64,000 nucleotides of DNA from Enoplolaimus lenunculus (GCA_030248215.1 JASANG010003984.1:186001-250000); one strand, 5' to 3'; counted from the stretch's first letter, positions 12,596-25,075 are shown. A program made the numbers and translations. Notes: generated from the letters alone by a model not told the origin.

Positions 12596-13248
12596 AAAAA
12601 TCATCACTTAATAACATAGGGAACAGGTTGTTAGAACTTTCGCTACCTTCAATTCGACTGGTGGTACAAAACAGCAACGTAAATTGAAATTAGCTACAGT
12701 GTAGAGAGTGTGCTTCATAAGTATACACGTTCTGAGTCAGTTGAAAGAATGTCTAGAAGCGAGTTGCGTTTGTCTCGTATGCACTAACGAAGTGGGTATT
12801 AATATATGTTGGGGCTCCAAAAACAAGGTATATTTTTACATCCACGTAAACATTATAACGTTGATGACCTATTAATTATGCATTTTGGAGACACGGAAAC
12901 GTCATCAGAGAATCAGACCGTAATTCAAAATTGGCAGTCATTGTCATTGTTTTTGAGATGGCCAGAGGTAACATATCACAGATTTACATTTGTCCGAGTG
13001 ATAAAAATTGAAAATCCGCTAGCGGTTTCAACCCTGGTTTCAAATCAGGGCCGTCGTCAGGACAGTTACCCCCGACAAACAGGTGCGACGGGGCTCGCAT
13101 TACACTGTTTCACAGCTCTATTACTTCGTGGTCCGCCAAAAATTTATACTATGCCAAGATGGAGCCCCCGAAGCGTCCACCAATTAATGGGTTTGATGGG
13201 GCAGGGCGCTTCCGCCGACACTGGTTCAAATCAACCCCCGATACTTAC

Positions 13249-13419
13249 ACTGACAATCCGATCGCCCATAAACAATTGCTCAGAGCGGCCAGCAGGCGAG
13301 TCCGGAATGACATTTTTAATGAAAATTCCAGCGACTTTAGTGGTCGTTGGCACCGAACCGCCATCGTTTGGCACTGGCGCTGATCCTATTTCGGCCGCAT
13401 CTTGAGCTGATATTGGAAT
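13249..13419 (-). CDS. MPDZ: PDZ7 middle exon (IPISAQDAAE...KVAGIFIKNVIPDSPAGRSEQLFMGDRIVS)
   Basis: Acceptor ttatttttcag|ATT and donor AGT|gtaagt. 171 nt, phase 0 to 0. Contains the PDZ motifs GIFIK, DSPAG and GDRIV. Confidence 0.93.
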
Positions 13420-14772
13420 CTGAAAAATAAAACTACATTTTCTCGACTATAATTTTAAGAATCGGATCCACAAATTTCTGACGCAGTGTTTTGGTACTAA
13501 ATTCTAATAGCAAATTTTCCCCTTTTGATCCCGCGTTGGAGGCTATGACCTGGATGGCTCTCGTTTGGATCGAGTAATGGCTAATTTTAGACTGAATACA
13601 CCACCAACGAATTACAGCACACAACCAATTTAAATGAGACTGTAAATGGTTGCGCCACTCTTAATCATATTTCAAACTAAAAACTAAAATAAAACTAAAG
13701 AACCAAATCCAAATCAACACCTTAAGGGAGTGTCTGGCTCCACCTAGTCTCTCTAAACTTAGGCTCAGGCGTTGCTAGGGAGGGTAACATTGCAAAATCT
13801 ATGCGTGGCGGCTGAAAAGCGAAAACAGCGTCATTGGAATACGAACCAAACACAGAGTTGGTGATTGGATTAAGGCCCACGAAATCACGAACTTTTCACC
13901 GAGACTACTCAGTTCAAACGTGTGATTAATGAATTCAGTTAGAAAACTTCCAAAATCGGTTTGTTTGTTGTTAGATTTCAACTTTACCAAATTTGGTCGC
14001 TTTGAAAAATTTACGCCGTTTCATTGGTTAAATGACCGTACCGTAACCTGATACACACGCTAAGCTTAGTTCACACCGCTGTTCAACTAAATTCGCAGCC
14101 AATCGAAAAGCATTTCGGAGTGGCGAAAGTAATGAGTTCACTTTCAAACATACCCCTTCATAACACCGGAATAAACGAAATTTTGAGACACCTAACAGTA
14201 GTCACTAAAATCTTTCGGCTTATGATTCAGCTAAAGTTGTAAGCTTCAAATTGGTCGAAGCCAGTGTAGCATATTACTTTAACTCCCCTAGAAAAATTAA
14301 CTCTTAAGTCAACAGTATATATGGGAATCACAATTACATATAATATTGACTGGAGAGTTAATTTTCAAGGGAATTAATATTATAATATGCGCACACCGGT
14401 ACCGAAAACCACTAGCGGATCCAGAGGGGCCAGAGGGGGGGGGGCGAGGGGCGTACGCTCCCCCCGTCAGAAATTTTTTGTGTTACAGTGGTAAGGTTCC
14501 ATCCTACATTACACAGTTTTTCGCCCTCATAATTTTTTTGGTGATAAAATGATAAGGTCCCGACCTTACAATTTTTACGTTTCATAACATTTGCCCCGGA
14601 CCGCCCCACCCCCCCCCCCCGGAACACAAATGTTTGGATCCGCCTCTGACGAATACCAGCTACAATTTTAGCACTTAAAATACAATTAGCAAGATTATTG
14701 ACGGTTAATTAATTCAAGAAGGCAGTGGCGCCTTTAGCTAATCAAAACTATTTCGAATTGGACACGTCATAC

Positions 14773-15317
14773 CTCAACTTTACCACCAACAATACTGATC
14801 CCAAGTGAGCGATTCGGCTCTCGCTCGAGTACGATGGTTCGTTGTTCGCCCCAAAATTTGGCACAATTACTCAACAACGGTGAGCTGGGAGGAGGGGGTT
14901 GGTCAACTTCAGGGGTGACGTCTGGTGCAGGTTTATCGTTTGCTTGAAATTCTGGTTCCGGTTCCACGATTGTTCGGTTACGAGCCAATTCCTGATCAGA
15001 ACCTGGTGTGAATTGTGGGCTTTCCGGCTGAGATATATCTGGTCTAATGGTCCCGTCATCAACTACGTTGTGGGGGTCCTCGGTGTCCGGGGAACAAGGG
15101 CTGCCTTCCAGAGTCGGTGTTTCTTCGTGCGGCAGCGCGTCCGGTTCGCCAGGATGCTGCGGGACAGATGTGACAGTACCGCCTGAAGATTTGCGACTGT
15201 TTGGCTGAGCGGATACAGAGCGTTCAGTGTTCACTGAAGACGTTTCTTCACTTTCAGCAATTGTTGGCAGTAGATGTTGTGGATCGCTTGCTTGTGCGGA
15301 TGTCGACACAGTTGCGT
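14773..15317 (-). CDS. MPDZ: Linker end plus start of PDZ7 (...FWGEQRTIVLEREPNRSLGISIVGGKVE)
   Basis: Acceptor ttgtttcag|AC and donor GAG|gtatga. 545 nt, phase 1 to 0. REPNRSLGISIVGG matches MPDZ PDZ7 (REPSKSLGISIVGG, recalled). Confidence 0.93.
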
Positions 15318-16140
15318 CTGAAACAAAGGATGCGTTGCAGTGATAAGATTTTTTGCTGACTTTTGACTTAAATTGAGTTTATTTTGAACTTATGTCGGAA
15401 ACGAAAACGACGTTGTAGGGCGAATATTTTGATATATTTTGAGTAGCAGATGAGCCGATTGGAGTGCAGCGAACAACAACAGATTGTGGACTATCAGTGA
15501 ACACTCCAAAAACCCATCCGTAATTTAAGTAACATTGATACGTAGCTGATTTTATATCAGGTAAAACTCTAGAAAATTATATCTAAAGAACCGTAGACCC
15601 ATCGGAAATAAAAACAAGATTTTCTGGCTTCATTTGACCTAAAAGGTCAAACCTTTATAGAAGTATCAAGCTGCGGTAACTATAATCGAAGTTTCATCAG
15701 GTTGCTTCAAATAGCGTGTATCAATTTGCCAAGATGAACCAATACAACAAACTCAAGATTTAGACTAATTTTTAGGTTTGAGCGTATTCTTTGTTTTAGG
15801 TTTATCCTTGCCAGACTTATCGTCTTAAAGTTAGGGCTCTTATTGTCAAATGTATGTAGCACCTGTCACCAGTCGGCGCTACGCCCTATAAGCTTCGAAC
15901 CATTGAATTCTGCGGCTCAAATTTCAGCACATTTTTCGCACATGATTTGCTCTACTCCTGTATCAATTTTGAGTTCAACAACTGCAACAGTTACTAAGTT
16001 TGCTAGTAACTGATGATAGTTGCTATACACATTTGAGAATATGGGCCTAAGTTCCAAAAATATAGTCGTTCACTAATGTGTACGCCTATAAAAGTAACAT
16101 TTATCGAAATTTTAACAACAATTGCAAGCAACGTACATAC

Positions 16141-17233
16141 TCTGTGATTTAGTTGTATAAAACGTTGGCACTGCAGTTGGAGCGATCGGCAGTTGTTTAA
16201 CATCAACGTCATCATCATCATCATCATCACTATCACCAGCTCGAATAATATCAACTTCTTGGCCGAATAAATCCGACTCGTCCGGATTTTCCATCAGGGC
16301 ACTCAAGATCATAGGGTCCTTTCTTGATCCAGAGACGGTCCCTAAACTGCAAGGAGGCGTATCGTCACGTATGAACCCGGGCAGAGGGTAGTGTGTATCA
16401 GAAGCGTGGGTGGTGCTTGACGGGTACCGCTCTGAAAGCCGGAATTTCGACTCTACTGGCTGGGCGGACAGTTCAGCTCGTAGGTCCGAAATTTGGCCGA
16501 CGTCCTCGAGTTCAGTTGAGGTCGATGGGTTAAGTGAATCAGAAGTTTGCCTGATTGGCGAATCAACACAAGTTTCAAGAAGACCTGTCTGGTCAGACTG
16601 CTCACTAAGACCACATACTTGAGGGGAAAGCGGTTCCGGAATTCGTCGGGGGCTGACCCCGGGCATTTTCGCAGGGCTATCAGGGTCTGAACTACTAGTA
16701 GTGTGGGGTCCTGCTTCCGGAGGTGTCTCCACCACATATTCATCTTCAGGACTAATCGATGCTTGCGCCAAAAGTTTAGGTGTTGGTTTTGGTTTTGTTC
16801 GCCGTTCTGGTTTCGCCAAAGGGGCAGTACCAGGTTTAGGAGGCAGCGTGGGTTTAGAGGCAGGTACCCGTACAGGGGATCTACCTTCGTCTAGGTCCGG
16901 TTGCATAGTTATCACCGCTGCTGAGGGAGATAATTTTGGTGTGGCTGGGGGGACTTCGTCGTACCCTATCGGGGTCGCAGTCCCGTTTTCGTCAATCCAG
17001 CTGGCTCCTGGGGTATCTGGCGATTGAACTAACGCTGCAGCGTGGGACTGCCGAGAGGGGCTTTCTAAAGGGACTGGGGGTGGAGGCTCAGTAGGAGGGG
17101 TCTGCCCGGCGTCTGAGTCGACTGACATTGGTTCTGGTGGCATGCTAACAGAATCGTATGGCAAGCTTGTTGACGAAATTGGATCAGCCAAGCGTTGCCC
17201 AGCTTCCGGAGTTCTATTGATGTTGGCGGTGTT
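16141..17233 (-). CDS. MPDZ: Large Pro/Ser/acidic linker exon (NTANINRTPE...FYTTKSQ)
   Basis: Part of the 390-aa ORF 16112-17284. Acceptor ctatttcag|AAC and donor CAGA|gtatgt. 1093 nt, phase 0 to 1, matching the next exon. Confidence 0.88.
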
Positions 17234-17538
17234 CTGAAATAGAACGACCCAAAATGAACAGCCTCTTAGGCCGAACGGGGCCAAGACTTATATTGGGGGC
17301 CAAAAATTTTCTATGGACGCTTAGTCCGCCTAAAGCCATAATCTGACCACGGTTCCAGAAATGAAATCTGGAAACGGTCAGAATGATCAAATAGTAGCGT
17401 TCGTTTATCGGGTTGCTTGATATTAGAACCTGTATTCTTAAATGAGCGCAGCACTGGTCATCAGATGGTAACAAATTAAGTAGGTTTCGAACCAACTCAA
17501 AAATAAGCTTCAAAATTAATCACATTTTTAGCATTTAA

Positions 17539-17801
17539 CCCCTTCTCACCTTGAGTTGCCCATAGGCAGCTCAGCGCAGTGTATATACGTTAAATAATAT
17601 ATATCGCACAGTGTTTAACAATTGTAACACGTATACATAGTGCTAAATCACCACAAGACGTGAGAGCCCCCTCGGGCTCGAGCGTCAAGCTCCTATAGCT
17701 GCGTGGTGATGGTAAACGCCTCCCAATCCAGTCACTGGAGTTCGAATCCTAGCATAAAAGTAGGTCTCATTGGAAATAGAAAATATTCATGTTATAAAGG
17801 G
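17539..17801 (+). mobile_element. piggyBac-type MITE, copy 2
   Basis: TTAA on both sides; closely similar to 12194-12455 along its whole length. Confidence 0.88.
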
Positions 17802-17993
17802 TTAATGTGTCCTGTTTCAATAGCTTTTCCCCGGGGCGTAGCTAATATTTCAAGTTGGTAGTAGCGGTCTGAAGTAAAGTGTATGAAACATTTTGATTTC
17901 GATATAAGAATCTGTTATAATAAGCTAAAAATGTTTTATTCTGTATTCTAAATAAAGGTCTGTATGTAGTTTCTACTACCACAACCACGATAC

Positions 17994-18273
17994 CTTATGA
18001 TTTGGCTCGCTCGCAACTCCAGCACTTTGGGCAACACGCACCACTGGTTCATCAGCTGCAACAGGTTCTTGCGACTGTCCTGGTTGCGATGCTTTGACCG
18101 CATGCGGGGACGACATCGCCGTTGGTGTTGTCGGTTGCAACTGTGGCGACATTGTGACTGCAGGCGACGTTGTCGACGTATAGAAATCGCTTGGAGTCGC
18201 GATTTGCGCCGATGTTGACTGGGTGTCGTCACAGTAGCTTAAATCGCGAGAGCTAGTTTGAGCGGTGGGTGAT
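17994..18273 (-). CDS. MPDZ: Multi-PDZ protein exon, S/T/P-rich linker (SPTAQTSSRDLSYCDD...ASEPNHK)
   Basis: Acceptor aatttcag|A and donor AAG|gtatcg. 280 nt, phase 2 to 0, open frame, GC-rich relative to the introns. Confidence 0.85.
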
Positions 18274-21200
18274 CTGAAATTGGCTTGAAAATAGACGGGG
18301 AGGGTTACAGGCTCTGCTCGAAGATGTTGTGAGGCCGAGGGATGGAGTTTAAGAAATACAATTACGGCTGGAAACAGTACGTGTGTGATTTTAGTTTCGT
18401 TTAGATTCAGTGTTGTTCAAAATTGCTAATGGGCTTTTTTGTGCACCCGTACAGTTTTCAATGTTGTCCAACAAAATTGTTCGATTTTGAAATTTTTTGC
18501 ATATTTCAGTTTCACATATGTTGTTACCATCTTAATCTTAAATGATTATCATACTAAATATGTTAATGTTAGTCAAGTTCGAACGAACTAAAATTGACCA
18601 TTGCCCGGTAATCCTGGCTTTAACTTTTTTAAAATTTCGTATTTCCCTAATTTTAAATTTTGTATTCACCGCCAATTATAATAATTTGCTAGCTTGAAAA
18701 CAAACGTTTGACATCGTATTTCTTGAACTAAACGGCCAATGTATACAGAACAGGGTCGGAACAGTAGTATCCGCATATTCCAAAGCGTTAACCTAAGCGC
18801 AAGCGTGAGAATCGGCTTAAACGTAAGCCTAAGCCTAAACAAACAAATTGGTTTAATCTTTAAGCTTAGTCGATTGCAGTCCCACACTAAAAAACGTTCC
18901 GTCTCTGATCTTTACAGGGCCCAAATGAACTAATTGGTGGAAAAGATGTTAGTACTAAACGAAAATTAAGCTAATTTAACTGCGCTCCTAAAGTTCACAA
19001 TGCACAAAACTAGTTTTTGAACCAATTTTTTCATATTTCCATTCTGAAACCAAAAGCAAGCCACACCTATTCTGGTTCCGGTGAATGAAATAGTATTGAC
19101 AAATAGTGGATGGGTTTCTGAAATCTTACTTAAGTATTTACTTCAGTTACACTTAAACAATTACTTACGTCGCCGACTTAAGTAAGTACTTAAAAATTTT
19201 CGAGCACAACCAAAGAAACACCAAATATCGGCGATTGTCATGACAAGGAACGAATAGTTCTGCTTCATATTAACGAGGCATCATTAGACTACAGTTTTAA
19301 TTAGACCAAGGCTAGTATGCCTGAGCGGTTAATTTGTAGTATATCAAATTTAGTCAGCGACTTAAGTATTTACTTAACTGAAGTACGATTTTAAAAACGA
19401 CAAAATAGTTAAACGATTACTTAGTCCGTACTTAAGTACAAAGTCGTACTTAAATAGGGTTTCGGAAACCTAGCCAATGTCAAATAAAAATAATATCTAT
19501 CACCAGCTGAGATAATGAATTAATTAGGAACTAAGGACTCGTGCTTACCAATGAAAACAAAAATTATGAAAACGTTAGATTTAATATATGAAATCACCTT
19601 CAAGCTACTTTCTAAAGCCGCAATTAAGTATTGCTAGTAGAGTTGCGAGAAGACTTCCGAGATGGGACTACAAAGCCAAGCGGGAGGGCCAGGAGAGACT
19701 CAGATACCCCACGGTTCTAACAGGAACTAAATTTTGCCGGAACAGAACCGGAACAGAATTGACTCTGTTTACAGGAAACGAAACACGAACAGGAACCCGA
19801 ATTTGCGATGCTTTTCGTCATCGAATTACTCTGTTGGTTACTTTTTAGAAAACTTGCCAAAAAATTGCTTAAGTAAATTTTCAGCTATAATTGAACTAAT
19901 TGCAAAAACACTCATTTGAAATAACAACCTTTTAAAGATAAAGTTTCCAGTATTTAAATAATTATGTATAAATTTGTCACAAAACCGTTAAAATTCCGTT
20001 CCCTGCATCTTTGAATGCAGGAACAGGAAACCGAACAGGAATTGAATTTTCGCAGGAATTCTGGCTGGAACAGGAATTCCGGTTGAACCCTGGCTCCGCC
20101 CATAACATTTTTTAGCCCCCAACAATGTGAGTTGGCTACGGGCCTGATTCAATTGTAATATTGCTGAACATAAAATTTTACAAACACACGTGCTTATTCC
20201 TTTTGGTGCAAACTATTTACAACACCGTGTCCGCTAAAACTTAAAACAGTGGTACAATGCAAAGACTGATCCAGAGAGATGAGAATGCACCGATATCACA
20301 ACAATTCGTCGCCCGACAACTTGTAATCCGAAATTTCACGGGTTTGACAATTTGTCGCTCATTATCATGTTTAGGCTTAGGCTTAGAAATACGCTTAAGA
20401 TTAGACGTATGTTACTTCATTGGCTTTAGGACACTATTGCGACAAGTTGTCGGGCGACGAATTGTAGTACATTCGGATGGATCACCCTGAAGATTTGTGT
20501 TGGTACAAAATGTACCACCGCGCCTTGCGTTTTTGCTGAACCTCCTTCTAATATAGGGGGTCGGTGTCACAATAATAATAAATACACCTAGAATTCTAAG
20601 ACTACAAACTGAGTACATTGCGGAAATTGGCCTATTATGTATTTCCTTTCGTCTGCGCAAATTTCAACCTCCCTAAATACGGGGGCGTGTGTACGCCAAA
20701 AACGCAACGTGTGTTGGACACATTCTTTTCTACGCAGAATATATTCAGTTGCACACTCTTGTGTAAATCATCATTCAAATTTGGTTTAACTGGTGTGTTA
20801 GTAAATACTAAAACGCCAAAATTAATCAAAACGTCAATAACACAGTACTATTTTTCAGTACACCAGCGAATCTAAAATTATATCTAAATTAATTGGTTAT
20901 AGGGAGCTTGAATATTCATTCCCCTGTACTCAGCATAACCAATTTTTAAAAATAAATGTGTCTTGGCTTTGGGATCATCTTAACTACAGGGTCCGCTTCA
21001 GTGCCGGACCAGACACGGACGTGGGCTCTCCCCAAAGTTCAAAGTCGGGGCTCCAAATTCGCAAGGGTGCAACCAGACGCATTTTAAAACTTCGGAGGTT
21101 TTTGTTTCAACCGGTTAATGTGGAGGTGGTCAAATGGGATATATGGAGGGTGGCTGCTCCGGCCGTGGGTCCCTTGAAAATATTTTCTGAACAAAAGCAT

Positions 21201-22391
21201 AGAATTAATGTGCGTATGAAATTGCAAGCCTTGTAAATAATATAATGTTACAATAGAAATTTTTTAATTTTCTAACTATTTATACTAACAAGCCAGCTTA
21301 TCCTAACCTTAACAGATCTAGAAATACCTATGACTTGAACAATACGTATCGCAATCAACGCGTATGTTGCCGGCAAGCACACAGCATACAGTGCAATGCA
21401 TTACAACGTATATCAATTCAATAAACGAGCAAGACATATCTATATATTAAAGCTGGAACGCTCCACATACGTATTTTGGGCAACTTTCCAGCATTAATTT
21501 GCTTACAATGAAATCTTAAACCATAAACGTGGTTGTTCTATGAAAAGAAAATCTGCGTGAAGATATTAGTGCATTCGCTAACAATTGCGCACTGCGCAAA
21601 ACCGGCTGCCTAGTTATAGTTATTTGTATAGTTCCGGAACGTTTAGCACTAGGGCCAGGGCCGGATTAACGTGGCGGAGGACCCGAGGCCCGTATGACTA
21701 GCAAGTCTTTTTATGAACCATCATTATTTTATACACCAGAGCTTAAAATGATACATTTGAATGAAATAAATTGCATCAAAAGTAACAAACCAGTAAATTT
21801 ACTATTCTGGGACATTTCTAAATTTGCGCTACCGTTCATATAACAGGGCCATAAAAACGCAATCAGTACGTCCCAAAAATCCCATAGTGGTTTTGATGGA
21901 TTATTATCCATTGAAACATATCGTCGGTTTTCAGTTGGCGGGAAGGCCCCTTTAGGTGGAAGGACCCGAGCATCTGGGATCTCCTTTAATCCGGCGCTTA
22001 CTACATCTACTGATATTTTTTCGAACGGCAAGTCTTCCACGGGACCAAATTTATCGCCAAAAGTTAGGTAAATTATATTGCCAATCGACACACCTGGTTA
22101 AGCTGAGTTATATGGTACTGTTTTTATCGCTATTTTTGACTTGTGGCTAACGAGTTTATGTTCAACTAACTGATTTAGTAAGTTTTTGGCCGAAATGCAA
22201 TTCTGGCAATACCTCTGCTATAAGGCACAACTAAAACGTAGCAAACTTGCAGTTTAGTATTAATATGTTCAACAAAGCAATAGAATAACAACAAAGTACA
22301 AAACCAAAAAAATATACTTATAAATTGTGAAATACCAGCGCAGTGCATAATTAAAATCAAACAGTTTACAGCCGACAGCAACCAAACTTAC

Positions 22392-22412
22392 TTATAGTAT
22401 TTGGGAAAGACT
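22392..22412 (-). CDS. MPDZ: 21-nt micro-exon encoding (R)VFPKYY(K)
   Basis: Reads ttttaccttcttag|AGTCTTTCCCAAATACTATAA|gtaagt. Both splice sites are strong. Phase 2 to 2, no stop; gives MSPR-VFPKYYK-SPT. Confidence 0.72.
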   Translation of the reverse strand, partial: SLSQIL

Positions 22413-22980
22413 CTAAGAAGGTAAAACGTTGTATATCAGCCAAGTTGAGCATTTTCGAAATCATACCCGCTGTATCAAATACTACGGTGGGTCTTCGCCC
22501 ACTCCCCCTCACAAAAACAAATTATGACGATTTTCCGAATCTACGACAATTTGTCGTCAGACAACTTGTCGCCCAACAGCGGTTTAAACCGCTATGAATA
22601 AATCAAATCATAATCCTAACCGTAATCTTAAACCTAAGCATAATAATGATCAGCGACAAATTGTTGAGTCGACGAAATTTCGCATTACAAGTTGTCGGAC
22701 GACGAGTTGTCTCAGGCGGCAAATTGTCGTGATACCCGATATTCCATCCCGAAAATATGCTCATAACCAATAAATCAGTGTGTTTTTCTATATTTGTTGA
22801 AACAGTAGGGGGTTAAAATTTTTAAACAACTGTCGAAACAAACTATAGACTGCTCGGGATTGAAACGAATCCATAGTTTTTAAATGTGCAACTCTAAAAC
22901 CTTTTGTATCTTCAAGTATTACAGGCAAATACATATCAAAACAGTCACCAGACAACGAAAAAAACCGTGTAAATTGTGAC

Positions 22981-23176
22981 ATCACGACAATTCGTCGCCC
23001 GACAACTAGCCGACCGTCAACTTGTAGTCCGAAATGTCGTGTACTCGACCATATGTCGACAATCAGTATGCTTACGCTTAGACGTAGGCTTAGGATTAAG
23101 CTTAGCATTACGCTTAGGCTTAGAGTTAGACCACTGTTGGGTGACAAGTTGTCGGACGACGAATTGATATACATTC
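22981..23176 (+). mobile_element. TTAGGC-core MITE family A (TIR ATCACGACAATTCGTCGCCCGACAAC)
   Basis: Inverted arms surround a degenerate TTAGGC tract. Copies at 1-152, 4203-4363, 7912-8079, 20295-20474, 22538-22733 and 47600-47776, plus a fragment at 52481-52540. Confidence 0.75.
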
Positions 23177-23480
23177 GTAAATTGTAACACAAAATGTTTT
23201 GATTTCCGGAACTGGAAACCATCTGTGGTAATTGTTAGCTGGATGCAGGGGCGCAGTTCCCGGCTACGCCACAGGGGGTCGGCCCGTCCTATTTTTGAAG
23301 TCAGAAAGTTTTGGAAATACAGAGAATAGCAAAATTTTATAAAAAAAGTAGCAATGTGCATTTTTAGCAATTATAATACTTAGATTAAGCTTCATGCTCG
23401 CTTTGCACACCAGGTATCGTATGCCGATTAGTTTCAGATGTTGTCATACTTTCATTAACTGAAAGTGTTCCTAATCATAC

Positions 23481-23646
23481 CAGGCTCGTAGCCAGCTCAC
23501 CTTGCTAGGGGGGACTGAAAAATTTTCAGGAGGGGCATTCAAGGGTTTTCAATGACTTATATGCAAGGTTGAAAATTTTCTTGGGGTGTCAAAATTTTTC
23601 CAAGAGGACTGAGCCCCTCTGCCGCCACCCCTTGGCTACGGGCCCG
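23481..23646 (+). mobile_element. hAT-type MITE family 1 (~160 bp, TIR CAGGCCCGTAGCCA); representative of ~23 copies
   Basis: Perfect 8-bp TSD AATCATAC. Other copies (approximate): 3113-3274, 4624-4782, 5886-6048, 7238-7410, 27026-27183, 28443-28606, 31301-31440, 39407-39556, 40675-40844, 41573-41737, 44107-44278, 45360-45476, 45810-45979, 48415-48773, 50960-51115, 52635-52787, 57343-57494, 58838-59002, 59877-60046, 60722-60804, 63363-63530, 63628-63768. Confidence 0.9.
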
Positions 23647-23741
23647 AATCATACTATATTTTTAACACAAATTGTGCAAAATTTAAGGTAAATTATTTTA
23701 ATTTCCGGAACAAACCGATAAGTCTCGTTTTCCCGGCTTAC

Positions 23742-23864
23742 CTGGGCGACATCCGGTGTGCTCCGGGCGGAATCACACTTGCGTCCCGTGATGTTTCTGA
23801 TTGTAGTTGTTTCAAGTACGTTTCACGATATTTGAGCGCTTCGCTACCGGGAACATAAATCACA
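23742..23864 (-). CDS. MPDZ: Multi-PDZ protein exon: (H)VIYVPGSEALKYRETYLKQLQSETSRDASVIPPGAHRMSPR (end of PDZ6)
   Basis: Acceptor ttttgtttag|T and donor AG|gtaagc. 123 nt, phase 2 to 2. VIYVP corresponds to the ITYVP strand that ends MPDZ PDZ6. Confidence 0.9.
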
Positions 23865-25075
23865 CTAAACAAAATTCACGCATTCTAATTACACACGGTT
23901 AAACTAAAATATTTAAACTGCCCTTAAATCAAGATTCTACCCCCCTCCCAAATATGTTTTCAGGGGGCTCAACCCCCCGTAGCATGCCAAATAGTGTATT
24001 CAAAAAATATGTACCCCCGTTAATATAAAGGTATGAAAAATGGACCCCTTAGGAATTCACTGAATAGTGGCTTATCTTAAAAATCTCGACGAGCTGAGTT
24101 CAACGGTACCATATGACTGCTTGGCCAATCGATCAAAAGTTATAACCCACGAAATTACTGCGCAAAGACGAACCGATTTCAAGAGAACGTATAAATCATT
24201 CGCATATTCGCAAAATATAAGCTTTACCGGGTTTATTCGACAACAAACAAATCTTGAACGAGTTATATATGTCTAATATAGTAAAAAAATTCATTTTATA
24301 GGGCCATAACTTTTGAACCAGGGCAATGCAGTCCTACAAATGGTACCGTTAAACTCAGCGCGGTCGAAATCTATAAAATAAGCAACGTTTCTTTACACTT
24401 TTAGGGGTGTCCATATTGCGTACCTCTGCCGAAATATGTTGCTTGGGTACGGACCTTTAGACCTAAACGCTTTATATGATCTACATTTTCAACTGTGCGT
24501 CGCACGTATCAGTCGTTGCGGGGTTGTTTTAAGTAGTGAAAAATGAAGTCGAATCGATTATGTTGCAGGAGCAGGAACAGGAACCGGAATATGCAATAAT
24601 TTCATAACCGAATTACTTTTCAATGCCCTGCAAAACTTGCTATTTTGCGTTTTCAGTGGCTGGATTTTAAATTTAGAACCCCCGCATGAGTGGCAACATT
24701 TTTTTAGTTTCGTGCACTGGTATAGTAACCATTTAGGGGCCACCCAGAGAGAGTTTAGCCGTCAACATCGATTTCGAACGATTTTAGCACAAGGAATTTT
24801 ACCAACTTTTTCAGTTGGCAACACAAGAAACTCTCCTTCGAAATGGTTGTACAACGGTTCCCCCGTTTTGAAAATCCGAGCTATGGTATAACGTCTGCAC
24901 TAATATCTAAAAGGGGTAAATTTATGTTGCTTGCTGCTAATCAGAAACCATCACTAATCTGTTATCAGTGGGCTGTTACAGAAAATAATTAATGTCACCG
25001 CACTCTGGTATTAAATGTTTAGTAGCTAAGCAACATAAATATTACACCTTCTAGGTTTAGTTCAAACAACCATTA

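Noticed and set aside
12806..13405. 199-aa plus-strand ORF
   Set aside because: It is antisense to the PDZ7 exon plus intron or repeat sequence and shows no recognisable domain.
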